Positions 19,563 through 28,491 of a DNA stretch of 64,000 nt are shown piece by piece. The notes under the pieces were generated by a model. The model did no database searches, had not been told where the DNA came from, and saw nothing but the letters and a program-made list of their open reading frames with translations. This stretch comes from Candidatus Heimdallarchaeota archaeon (GTDB taxonomy: Archaea; Asgardarchaeota; Heimdallarchaeia; JABLTI01). The translations under genes were made by a program, and so were the position numbers. Each line of letters opens with the position of its first letter. Within the stretch, counting starts at the first letter, position 1. Where the stretch lies: NCBI GenBank assembly GCA_018238155.1, contig JABCTZ010000003.1, positions 128,001 to 192,000 of the forward strand, read 5' to 3'.

Positions 19563-20012
19563 TTATTCTTTCTTCTTTTTCCATTCAACCATATCTTCTA
19601 TTGTTACAAAACCTTTTTTTTGAGTTAATTCGGACAAAACCAAATTCACTCTTGCTCTATCTATATTTTCGAAAAAATTTTTACTCTTTGGTTCTGAATA
19701 GAATTCAAATAAAGGTAATATTGCTCTTTCATCACCAAATTTTCCCAGAGCAATGGCTGCATTTCTTCTTGTTTCAACATCAGAATCCGTTTCAATTGCC
19801 TTGTTCAAAGCTTCAATTGCATCTTCATTTTCAATTCTCCCCAATGCTACTGCAGCACGTCTTCTAACACTGCTTTCAGAATCGTTTAATAAAACATGTT
19901 CAAGATGTTGTATTGCACTTGCATCTTGAGCTAATGCTAGATTATCAACCGCTTTCTCTCGTACTGTTTTCTTCCTGCTCTTAAGATCTGCCAGATTTTT
20001 TTTCAAAACCAT
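19563..20012 (-). CDS. HEAT/PBS-lyase repeat protein
   Basis: Repeats VRRRAAVALGRI and TRRNAAIALGKF. Confidence 0.9.
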   Translation of the reverse strand: MVLKKNLADLKSRKKTVREKAVDNLALAQDASAIQHLEHVLLNDSESSVRRRAAVALGRIENEDAIEALNKAIETDSDVETRRNAAIALGKFGDERAILPLFEFYSEPKSKNFFENIDRARVNLVLSELTQKKGFVTIEDMVEWKKKKE

Positions 20013-20037
20013 AATTTTGACTTCCTATTAAATATGA

Positions 20038-20787
20038 TTAAATAGGATCCCCATGTAGTTTTTTCTGTTCTAATTGATGAAGCCAATCAGTAATTATTTG
20101 TAATAATTCATGTGGATTATTAATAATATGATCTGCATCCAAATCATCAATTACAGAGAAACCCCAAGATACTCCTACCGTTTTCAAGTTATTTATTTTT
20201 CCCAGATAAATATCAAATTGCGTATCTCCAATGAACACTCCGTTTGTAATTTGTTTATCTTCTAGAAAAATTTTAAAGCTCTTTTCTTTATTTTTGTGAT
20301 CCGTAATTACTGTCTCAAAAACATTTGGAATGCCAAATTGGGTCAGTATTTTTTCTCGCTTTTCTGGAGAATTAAGTTCAGTGTCGTGTGTTACAATAGC
20401 CATTTTAACCTTAGCTATTTTTTGTATTTTTATTAGAACTTCTGGAATACCCTCAAAAGCCTTAGCATTTTTCCGAAATTCCTCTAGACGAACCTTATCG
20501 AATCTTTTCCGTCCTCCTAAAATGAATTTTAAAGGGTTCATTTTATATTTTAATAATATCTTAATTTTACTTGATTTTGGAAAATCATTGTACAAGTATT
20601 TAACTTGCTGAGGGGGAAAATCTCTCCCCAAGTATTTTGAATAAGTATTTGATAATGCATTAATTGTATCTATTAGTGTCCCTGAATAATCAAAAAAAAT
20701 CCAAGGAGTATCATTTACACTTGTGTTCTGGTTTTTTGTAATTGATTCATTTAATTTCTTAGTTTTTACTTTTTCTTTAACAGACAA
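20038..20787 (-). CDS. HAD-superfamily hydrolase
   Basis: FFDYSGTLIDT (second Asp of DxD is Ser), FIGDT..DI, GVSWG. Confidence 0.85.
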   Translation of the reverse strand: MSVKEKVKTKKLNESITKNQNTSVNDTPWIFFDYSGTLIDTINALSNTYSKYLGRDFPPQQVKYLYNDFPKSSKIKILLKYKMNPLKFILGGRKRFDKVRLEEFRKNAKAFEGIPEVLIKIQKIAKVKMAIVTHDTELNSPEKREKILTQFGIPNVFETVITDHKNKEKSFKIFLEDKQITNGVFIGDTQFDIYLGKINNLKTVGVSWGFSVIDDLDADHIINNPHELLQIITDWLHQLEQKKLHGDPI

Positions 20788-20902
20788 ATTGTTTCACCAT
20801 TCGTTATGCTATTTCAATAGATAAAATCAGCTTCGTTATATTTCAAATAAAGTTTCGCTTTGTGTAATTATATCTATATATTTGGTAATTTTTTCTACTT
20901 AC

Positions 20903-20918
20903 TTTTGGTAGTTTATAA
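20903..20918 (+). promoter_or_regulatory. Variant of the TTTAGCT-TATA element (TTTTGGTAGTTTATAA) upstream of the RadA-like gene
   Basis: T-rich box abutting a TATA box about 50 nt before the likely start. Confidence 0.4.
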
Positions 20919-20967
20919 AGAAAACAACCCGTGGGATAATTTGAGAATAAAGAAGAGTGTGAATACT

Positions 20968-22296
20968 TTGGTTATTAAGAAAAATGAAGACACAGATATT
21001 GAGCAATTTATTGCTAAAAATGCCAAAAAATACGGCATCCCAAAAGTAGCACTAAAAGCTTTGAAGGGTTTCGGGATTTTTGATGCACGAGTACTTAGTG
21101 TACTGACCGAAACAGAAATTGGTGAGATTCCTGATGTTAGTGAGAAAACTGCTTTAGCATTGGTACGAGCAGCAGATGATAGTTTTAGAGGACCACTTTT
21201 TCAGAAAGCATCAGAGCAATCTGAAAGATTCCTCAACAAACGAAAACATTTCACTACGGGTTCAGAAGTTTTCGATGAACTCTTAGGTGGAAATGGTATG
21301 CCTACAAGCGCTATAATTGAAATTAATGGTGAGTATCGTACTGGAAAAACTCAAACATGCCTTACTTGTGCAGTTACTGCTCAGCTTCCAGAAGACAAGG
21401 GAGGTCTAGGAAGACCAGTTATCTATATTGATACAGAGAATTCATTTCAAGCTGAACATCTCCTTGGTATTGGCAAAAGGTTTGGTTTTGAACCTGACGA
21501 ATTATTAGATAATATTTTTGTTGTCCAAGCAGAACAATTACGCTATCTTGATCAAGCTATTGATAGATTACCTGGTTATGTTCAAGCCTTGGATCCCGGA
21601 TTAATAATTATTGATTCACTTATGGCTCCTTTTAGAAATGAGTTCCATCAATTAAATCTCCTCGCAGTACGACAGAAGAAAATTGGGAAACTCATTGGTT
21701 TACTGAAGAGAATAGCTATTGCCTTTAATACAACCGTTATTTTCACCAATCAAGTTATGGCGAATATTGGCTTTTCTGGAAAATTCGTTCCTGTAAAAGC
21801 TACTGGTGGTCATGTTATTGCTCATGCTTCTGATATTAGAATTTTCATGAAGAAACTTAAAGGTAATTTACGAAGGGCAAAAATCGATGATTGTGCTTGG
21901 TTGCCTGCAGAGGAAGCGGAATTTTTCATTACAAATGCCGGAATATCTGATGAGGAAACCATTTCATTAGATGGATCTAAGAAAAAAGCTGCTGTAAATA
22001 AGGATCTTGAACCGGAATTAAAGGTAGAAGCTCCACTACTTGCGGGAATAAAAGAAGTTACTGAACAAAAGAAAGCACAAGCTAAAGCAAAGAAAAAGGA
22101 GAAAACAGTTGATAAAGAAGCAGCTCTCAAAGAGGATCTAAAAGAAAAGCAGAAAGAAGAAATCTTAGAGCACCCTCTATCTGATCTAGCTGATAACATG
22201 AAGGAGCTTGAGGAAATTGAAACACAATCAGAAGAAAAGATAAAACCAAAGACCAAATCTCCCTCAACAGCAAAAAAGTCAAAAGTACCTGCATAG
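20968..22296 (+). CDS. radA: RadA/Rad51-family recombinase (divergent) with Lys/Glu-rich C-terminal extension
   Basis: HhH-like N-domain, FQKA (FxxA) motif, GEYRTGKTQ, YIDTE, IIIDS, LAVRQ, TNQV, GGHVIAHAS; start probably TTG 20968 or GTG 20959 rather than 20860. Confidence 0.85.
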   Translation: MVIKKNEDTDIEQFIAKNAKKYGIPKVALKALKGFGIFDARVLSVLTETEIGEIPDVSEKTALALVRAADDSFRGPLFQKASEQSERFLNKRKHFTTGSEVFDELLGGNGMPTSAIIEINGEYRTGKTQTCLTCAVTAQLPEDKGGLGRPVIYIDTENSFQAEHLLGIGKRFGFEPDELLDNIFVVQAEQLRYLDQAIDRLPGYVQALDPGLIIIDSLMAPFRNEFHQLNLLAVRQKKIGKLIGLLKRIAIAFNTTVIFTNQVMANIGFSGKFVPVKATGGHVIAHASDIRIFMKKLKGNLRRAKIDDCAWLPAEEAEFFITNAGISDEETISLDGSKKKAAVNKDLEPELKVEAPLLAGIKEVTEQKKAQAKAKKKEKTVDKEAALKEDLKEKQKEEILEHPLSDLADNMKELEEIETQSEEKIKPKTKSPSTAKKSKVPA

Positions 22297-22358
22297 AAAA
22301 ACTTGAGGAAATAAAACAAAATCAATCTTCAACCAATGAAATCTCTCGAGAGTTACCT

Positions 22359-23672
22359 ATGATAACCGGCGATAAGAAAAAGAACTACTCTGATGGATCT
22401 CTTGGTTCTATGCGAAACGTTATCTTAATTTCATTTGGAGCTTTCATTTGGTCAATCTATCTTTCCATCCAAGGGCAATTTCTGAATGATTACATTGCTG
22501 ATATGGGTGCTTATTCTCCATTAAAAATTTCTTTAATGGTAAGCTTAGTTGCAATAACAGGTGCATTTGCTAGCATAATTTTTGGCGCAATTAGTGATAA
22601 CCTTAGAACAAAAATAGGAAGAAGAAAACCATTTATAATTATTGGAGGAGTTTTTTCTGCTTTATTTTTCTTTCTCGTACCTTTTCAAAATGCCGTAGCA
22701 ACGATTATTGCAATTAATGTTGTAATGAGTTTATTCAATAATGCTGCTTTTGTTTGTAACAATTCATTTATACCTGACACTACATCAAAGAGAAAACTTG
22801 GTAAAGTAAATTCTTTCGCGGCTTTGGGTACGTCAATTGGAATGGTTGTCGGTTTTGCTTTAATGATGATAAATTCAGCCAACACTCTTTTCTTTGTTTC
22901 TGGTACGATATGTTCTGTTGGTTTTCTAATTGTTGGTTTATTTATTCAAGAACCAACTAATCTATCAAAACCAAAGAAATGGCATTCATCCATCAAAGAA
23001 ACATTCCAGCTTAAAAGTTTGAAAAATGAAAAAGGCTTTTTCAATTTCTTGATAGGTCACTTTCTATTACATACCGGAATTAACGTTTACATTCCCTTCC
23101 TTCTTATTTTTTTAACACAAAAAAATAATCCTTCAAGTGGAGAGCTTGTAGGATTAGGCTTATCTATTGAACAAGGTGAAGTTCTTGTTGTATTTGCAGT
23201 ATTGACTGCTGTTTCACTACTAGCAACAATTCCTATTGGTGTTTTTTCTGATCGGATAGATACAAGTCTATTTCTATTTATCTCCAGGATAGTTTTTGCA
23301 ATTGTTACAATGTTACTGGCTTTGACACCTTTTATTCACAAACTCAGCCCTATGATTGTTGGAATTTTATTCATAATTCCCTATGGTATCGCAAATACAG
23401 CTGATATAATTTCTAGAGGAGCATTAATGCATAAATTAGTCCCTAAAGAGAAGAGAGGACAATTTTTGGGCTTAACAGTTTTCATTAAAATTTCTGCTCA
23501 AATTCCAGGTGTAATCATTGGTGGTTTATTAGCTCATTTTTTACAAGGAGGATATCAACTTGCATTTGTTTTTGGAGGATTTATCGTTCTTCTATCGTTA
23601 CCTTTTATTTCATTTACAAAATTAAGAACTTCGATAATTCAAGGAACAACAGAAAAACCTCTCTCTAGCTAG
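22359..23672 (+). CDS. MFS transporter
   Basis: About 12 TM segments, G.ISD.LRTKIGRRKPF motif. Confidence 0.9.
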   Translation: MITGDKKKNYSDGSLGSMRNVILISFGAFIWSIYLSIQGQFLNDYIADMGAYSPLKISLMVSLVAITGAFASIIFGAISDNLRTKIGRRKPFIIIGGVFSALFFFLVPFQNAVATIIAINVVMSLFNNAAFVCNNSFIPDTTSKRKLGKVNSFAALGTSIGMVVGFALMMINSANTLFFVSGTICSVGFLIVGLFIQEPTNLSKPKKWHSSIKETFQLKSLKNEKGFFNFLIGHFLLHTGINVYIPFLLIFLTQKNNPSSGELVGLGLSIEQGEVLVVFAVLTAVSLLATIPIGVFSDRIDTSLFLFISRIVFAIVTMLLALTPFIHKLSPMIVGILFIIPYGIANTADIISRGALMHKLVPKEKRGQFLGLTVFIKISAQIPGVIIGGLLAHFLQGGYQLAFVFGGFIVLLSLPFISFTKLRTSIIQGTTEKPLSS

Positions 23673-23682
23673 GCTAATTATT

Positions 23683-25962
23683 TTAAAAAGAGAGTTTGAA
23701 TACTTCTGTCAGTATTTTATCTAGTGCTAATAAACTATCAGCTATTCTCTTTAATCCAAGATATTCTGCTAAAGGTGTCAAACCTGATACAAGTGATTTT
23801 GCATTAGCTTCAATTCTCAGTAAATCCCCTTCATATATTTGATGTTTATTCACTACATCAATAATTTCTTTACCCAATATCACGTGCTCATAAATTGGTC
23901 TTTTGAAATTATCATTTGGAATAAAAAAATCTCCTTCAGTAGAATGTTGTGTAAGTTTAAGAATCTCATACAACATTACAGTTAAATTGGTATTCTTTTG
24001 TGAGAGATCATACATTAACCAATCTTTCAGGTATTCAAATCTCTTTACTGAAATTCCCATCTCAGAGCAAATACTTCCTTTTGTTGTAGTTTGGAATTTT
24101 CCATTATAAGATTCTTTAATATAACCTCGATATTTTAATGAATGTAAGATAGAGAAATCTCTATTCAAAATTTCTTTGATTGTAGTTTTTGATTGTTCTT
24201 TTAATACTACCATTCGATGCTTGCAGAATATTTTCTTTGAATCACAAGAACATGATAGTATTCCATTTGTGAATGAAACAGTAAAACTATTTTTTCCATT
24301 ATCTATCTTAAACAATTGCGTGTTTTGATTGGAAAATTCACTTGCTATAACTAGTTTTTCAATTGGAAAAATTTCCTCTAAAATGCACAAAATTTCATTT
24401 GTAATTTTAGTATTTCGTTTCAAAATCAATTTATAATATTCCTCAGAAACACTATTCAAATTTGTAGATGTATTGTGTTTATTTTTTAAAACTAACCTTT
24501 GGTTTTGAGAATAATCGAAAAAGCTTTCTTGGATTAGTTTTACTAATTCAATAAAATCTGGTTTACGACTATAAATTAAGGAAAGAATCATTCTTTCGAA
24601 TTCTTCTTTACTATTGATTCTACTGCTAATACGATCAAATTGTGGAGGAATTTTGTTTAAATTAGTAAGATAGTGCCTCTCCATTTGCCAGTATCTTTCT
24701 CGAATAGTTCTCTCTTCCCTTCTATCCAGAGCTAATATTGTACTTTTTCCATAGTGATCAAAATTAGGTCTACCAGCTCTTCCTGCAATTTGATGGAAAA
24801 CATTTCTAGAAAGCCATTCATTGTTCCATCTTTTAGTATCGAGAATAATAACTTCACGTGCAGGGAGATTTACACCTGCTCCAAGTGTTTCAGTACAAAA
24901 CAAGACATGAATAAATCCCAAGCGAAATAATTCTTCAACTGCTTTTTGTGCAATGCGACTTAATCCCGCATGATGAAATGCAGTTCCTTTTTCCACTAGA
25001 TCATAAATTAGTGCATTCCCTAAAGAGTCGCGATGTAAAGGAATGCTGTCTAAAAAACTAAGTACTCTTCCTACATTGAAATTACCACTTCCATTAAGGC
25101 ATTTCTCAATGTAATTTGAATATTCAAAAGCTAATTCCTCTGCTTTTGATCTTGTTCCACAGAAAACCAATATTTGAGATCCAAATGGAATATTATTTTG
25201 AATTATCTCTTTCACTCTTTTTTCAGGTCGAAATGTCGGTATTATATCAAAATCAAGAGGTATTAATCGTTTTGAACTGCTTATAAGTGTGGCATTTAAC
25301 CAAGATGCAATATCACTAGGGTTTGCTGCAGTTGCTGAGAGTAAAATTAATCTTGTTTTTCCCTTCAAGGCAATGAGTATTGTTTCCAGAGTTGCTCCAC
25401 GTTGAGTATCACCAATTAGATGAAACTCATCTACGATCACATTCTTTATTTTACCGAGTAAACTTGGTAAACGTCCAATAATAGTTCTAAATCGCTCATA
25501 AGTAGAGATTAAGATATGACATTTTCTAATTTCCTCTTCATTAAAATCCACTTCCGACATAGACATATGAACTTTGATACCGAATTTTTTATACATTTTA
25601 GCTAAATAGTTTGCTTTTTCTTCTGCTAATGCACGTAAAGGAACTAGAAAAATTGTTTTTGCATCGAATGTCATTTCTTCTCTAAGTTTTCTTTTTTCAA
25701 TTTTTGTGAGATTTTCTTTCTGTAATGAGTCGAATTTCTTGTCCAATTCTTCTTCCCTATCGAGTAATTCTACTATAGTAATTAATTCTGCAATCAATGT
25801 TTTTCCAGACCCACTCGGAGAAACGATTACAAGGTTTTCTTCTCCAAAAATGTGCGGATAAGCCTTTCTTTGTATATCTGTGAACTTTCTTATTCCGCCT
25901 TGTATGAGGATTTCTTGTAATTCCTTAGGAAGTTGTTTTAGGTAATTTTCTGTAACAACCAT
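23683..25962 (-). CDS. Ski2-like SF2 helicase (Hel308-related) with inserted SWIM zinc finger
   Basis: SPSGSGKT, VPLRALA, DEFH, LSAT, FHHAGL, TETLGAGVNLPA, QIAGRAGRP; CSC-x6-CKH at 24217-24252. Confidence 0.9.
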   Translation of the reverse strand: MVVTENYLKQLPKELQEILIQGGIRKFTDIQRKAYPHIFGEENLVIVSPSGSGKTLIAELITIVELLDREEELDKKFDSLQKENLTKIEKRKLREEMTFDAKTIFLVPLRALAEEKANYLAKMYKKFGIKVHMSMSEVDFNEEEIRKCHILISTYERFRTIIGRLPSLLGKIKNVIVDEFHLIGDTQRGATLETILIALKGKTRLILLSATAANPSDIASWLNATLISSSKRLIPLDFDIIPTFRPEKRVKEIIQNNIPFGSQILVFCGTRSKAEELAFEYSNYIEKCLNGSGNFNVGRVLSFLDSIPLHRDSLGNALIYDLVEKGTAFHHAGLSRIAQKAVEELFRLGFIHVLFCTETLGAGVNLPAREVIILDTKRWNNEWLSRNVFHQIAGRAGRPNFDHYGKSTILALDRREERTIRERYWQMERHYLTNLNKIPPQFDRISSRINSKEEFERMILSLIYSRKPDFIELVKLIQESFFDYSQNQRLVLKNKHNTSTNLNSVSEEYYKLILKRNTKITNEILCILEEIFPIEKLVIASEFSNQNTQLFKIDNGKNSFTVSFTNGILSCSCDSKKIFCKHRMVVLKEQSKTTIKEILNRDFSILHSLKYRGYIKESYNGKFQTTTKGSICSEMGISVKRFEYLKDWLMYDLSQKNTNLTVMLYEILKLTQHSTEGDFFIPNDNFKRPIYEHVILGKEIIDVVNKHQIYEGDLLRIEANAKSLVSGLTPLAEYLGLKRIADSLLALDKILTEVFKLSF

Positions 25963-26041
25963 TTTCTTTCCTCCACTTTTGATTCTTGTTTGACTATTTA
26001 CAATGGTTTAGCCTGATAGGGTTAGTTTTGCAGCAATTTTT

Positions 26042-26332
26042 TTATTTGGGAATTATGTCTAATTTTTTTTCTGGATTATAGTATGTATTAACTGCAAAAT
26101 TGAAGATGCCTCTCTCTAATAACTCATCTGTAATGATTTCTTCTAAAGTGAGTAAATTATAACATTGCTCTCGAGTGATACAAGACTCACATTTAATATG
26201 ATCAAAGTAAGGGCAGCTATCATTATGGAATCGAATATTCTTCCATTCAATCATTAGCATTAAATTAGGTAAATTGTGTATTCTATGTTTCAGTTTATTG
26301 ATTCCCCAGTAATTCATTTCATCAATTTTCAT
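26042..26332 (-). CDS. Small Cys-rich protein (C-x7-C-x2-C-x5-C), possible Fe-S protein
   Basis: CPYFDHIKCESCITREQC; GGTGA SD upstream; precedes the helicase on the same strand. Confidence 0.6.
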   Translation of the reverse strand: MKIDEMNYWGINKLKHRIHNLPNLMLMIEWKNIRFHNDSCPYFDHIKCESCITREQCYNLLTLEEIITDELLERGIFNFAVNTYYNPEKKLDIIPK

Positions 26333-26419
26333 GAGTCTCGTTCACCAGTTTAAGTAGATGATAAGCTACTATCATTATTTCATTACGTTTCTTCTTCAAA
26401 GAATCATCAGTGAATTTTA

Positions 26420-26435
26420 CTTAAAAAGAACTCAA
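26420..26435 (-). promoter_or_regulatory. Variant of the TTTAGCT-TATA element (TTGAGTTCTTTTTAAG)
   Basis: 13/16 identical to the copy at 49399; upstream of the Cys-rich ORF and SWIM helicase. Confidence 0.45.
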
Positions 26436-26598
26436 TAGTAGATTTGTAAGATAAAAAACTCATACTACATATAGCTTAATATTCTAATTCTATTAGATAT
26501 AGAAATTTTAGATTTCTATTCAAATATTTTATATTAATGTGTACCATTAAGAATATTAAGTGGAAGTTACTAATCAAAACTGTGTGACGTGAATAATT

Positions 26599-27042
26599 AT
26601 GTCCCTTACAATAAAATCTCAAATTGATGCAATAATGGTCAAACCGGCAATGGTTGACGAGAATGACTCTATGAGTATAATTGCTAAAGTTCTGTTACAA
26701 ACGAATAAAGGTTGTGTCTTTGTAACCAGTATTGGTGAAGTAGTGGGAATCATCACTGAAAGAGATATTCTAAGATTGTTATTGAAAGAAGGGTGTATGC
26801 TCTCCGAAGAAATTGAAGCCCAAGATTTTATGGTCAAACCCGTTATTTCAATACCAAAAACTGCTACTTTAGCAGAAGCAGATGATTTAATGGCACAAAC
26901 CAATGTCAATAGATTAGCAGTTGTTGAAAAGGAAGGCTCATTAGTTGTTGTTGGTTTCCTTGATTCTGAAATGTTGAATGTTTCTCTAAAAACGGCAGTA
27001 TTAAAAACCTATAAGAAAAGGCAAAAATATATCCAAAAATAG
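26599..27042 (+). CDS. CBS-domain pair protein
   Basis: VGIITERDIL, FM.KPVISI, NRLAVV. Confidence 0.9.
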   Translation: MSLTIKSQIDAIMVKPAMVDENDSMSIIAKVLLQTNKGCVFVTSIGEVVGIITERDILRLLLKEGCMLSEEIEAQDFMVKPVISIPKTATLAEADDLMAQTNVNRLAVVEKEGSLVVVGFLDSEMLNVSLKTAVLKTYKKRQKYIQK

Positions 27043-27045
27043 TGA

Positions 27046-27990
27046 TTAGGCACTCTTTTCATTTTTCTTTTTCTTCTTATCTTTAGGATAGTCTCTCAAA
27101 AAGTATGAACAATTATCTGTAAATTGACAGAATTTACACATCCAATTCTGCGGACAATCAGAGGGCTTTCTTTCTCCTTTCCAATATCCAAGCGCCCACT
27201 CCATATCTACTTCAAAACTTTCTTGGTGATACAAGCTTCGATCATTACAAACTTCTGACCGATCTTCTTGATGAAGATAAATAGCGTGTAATTCAAATGA
27301 TTGCTCCGGAAGATTTCTTAGCATTTCAAATACTTTTGTTAAAAGCTCATGTGGAGGTATGGCTACGAATAGATTGACTTGTTCTTCTGGGAGTTGTTTA
27401 AGTAATTCTTCCGATGGAATTAATTCATCAGGCATATCAAAATAGCCTTTAAACATCTCAGCATTAAACTTGCCTGTTTTCAAATCATTCAGTAAGTGCC
27501 AATACACTTGCATTTGAATTCTATTTCTTCTTTTTTGTTCATATGTGGGTGTTCTTCGAGATTTTCGCGTTTTGTAATCTGTAATTACAACAAGTTTATT
27601 TCCTTCCTTATCAGTTTCAATTTCTAATTGATCAATTATTCCCAAGCATGGTATACCATTTATTTTACCAATAACAGGTAGCTCTCTAGTCACTTGTAAT
27701 TTACTAAATGCTACTAATTTTGAGTACATTTGTAGAATATATACGATGATGCTATCTTCATTTGTTGTTACTTCAACCTCAATAATTGGTCCTAGTTCTT
27801 CTTCAAGGCTTCGATGAATTTCTGAACCTTTGATCATTTCAGGTGTTGGTTCCATCCCTAATTGTAACCTTAAATGTAGCTGCATCTCACACCAAAACTG
27901 ATCTGCTATTTTGCTTGCTGATATATGATGAACCTGACCTTGGAAAAAATCCTCCTCACTTTCTGCTAAACCATTGTTTCGTTCACTCAT
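27046..27990 (-). CDS. Exonuclease V (EXO5/Dem1)-like Fe-S PD-(D/E)xK nuclease
   Basis: Q.WCE, G..IH, GIID.L, DYKTR....P...Q, Q...Y, terminal C-x2-C-x5-C. Confidence 0.8.
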   Translation of the reverse strand: MSERNNGLAESEEDFFQGQVHHISASKIADQFWCEMQLHLRLQLGMEPTPEMIKGSEIHRSLEEELGPIIEVEVTTNEDSIIVYILQMYSKLVAFSKLQVTRELPVIGKINGIPCLGIIDQLEIETDKEGNKLVVITDYKTRKSRRTPTYEQKRRNRIQMQVYWHLLNDLKTGKFNAEMFKGYFDMPDELIPSEELLKQLPEEQVNLFVAIPPHELLTKVFEMLRNLPEQSFELHAIYLHQEDRSEVCNDRSLYHQESFEVDMEWALGYWKGERKPSDCPQNWMCKFCQFTDNCSYFLRDYPKDKKKKKNEKSA

Positions 27991-28088
27991 ATTTGAAAAT
28001 AGAGACAGAAGTTGATTTTAATCTTACTGTTAATGAAAAAAATGGTTTGTGGGGTTTTTATTTATCATTTTGAATGAATCTATAGGCG

Positions 28089-28382
28089 ATGTCTGTGATT
28101 GTTGCAAAAGATAGGTTGGGAACGTTGGACTCGAGTGATTTTTTAGATAGTTTGGAAAACATTCCAAATCATTTTGCAACAATTTTTAGTAATGCTGTTG
28201 CTTTTTTAATTGCTGTTTGTTTTGCACTTGGAGTTATTCTTGCTATTATTGGCGCAATAAAATGGGCCACAGGTTGGGATGAACGTACAGGTAAGAAAAC
28301 AATAGTAAAAGGAATCGTACTTATTGCTCTTTCGTTAATCTCTGGAAGTTTAGGTATTGGAATAGTTACACTTACAGGATAA
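28089..28382 (+). CDS. VirB2/TrbC-type (T4SS) pilin-like small membrane protein
   Basis: Two TM helices joined by IIGAIKWATG.D..TGKKTIVKGI, typical of conjugative pilin-like proteins. Confidence 0.6.
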   Translation: MSVIVAKDRLGTLDSSDFLDSLENIPNHFATIFSNAVAFLIAVCFALGVILAIIGAIKWATGWDERTGKKTIVKGIVLIALSLISGSLGIGIVTLTG

Positions 28383-28491
28383 TAGACATAAGTAAAGTTT
28401 CCACACCATTCTTTTTGTAATAACTTTAAAAGTAATTATGTTATCTGTTATCTATATGAAATATAGAAATTATTTCTAGGAGATAAAAAAA

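Noticed and set aside
20860-20967. N-terminal extension of the RadA-like ORF from TTG 20860
   Set aside because: The region contains the likely TATA box; a downstream start with an SD-like sequence fits better
21822-22325. Long antisense ORFs such as 21822..22325, 14940..15284 and 53963..54364
   Set aside because: F/S/L-rich mirror translations of K/E-rich genes on the opposite strand
26499-26519. TAGAAAT...ATTTCTA inverted repeats at 26499 and 28464 as a shared operator
   Set aside because: Spacer lengths differ and the sequences are almost all A/T; probably chance
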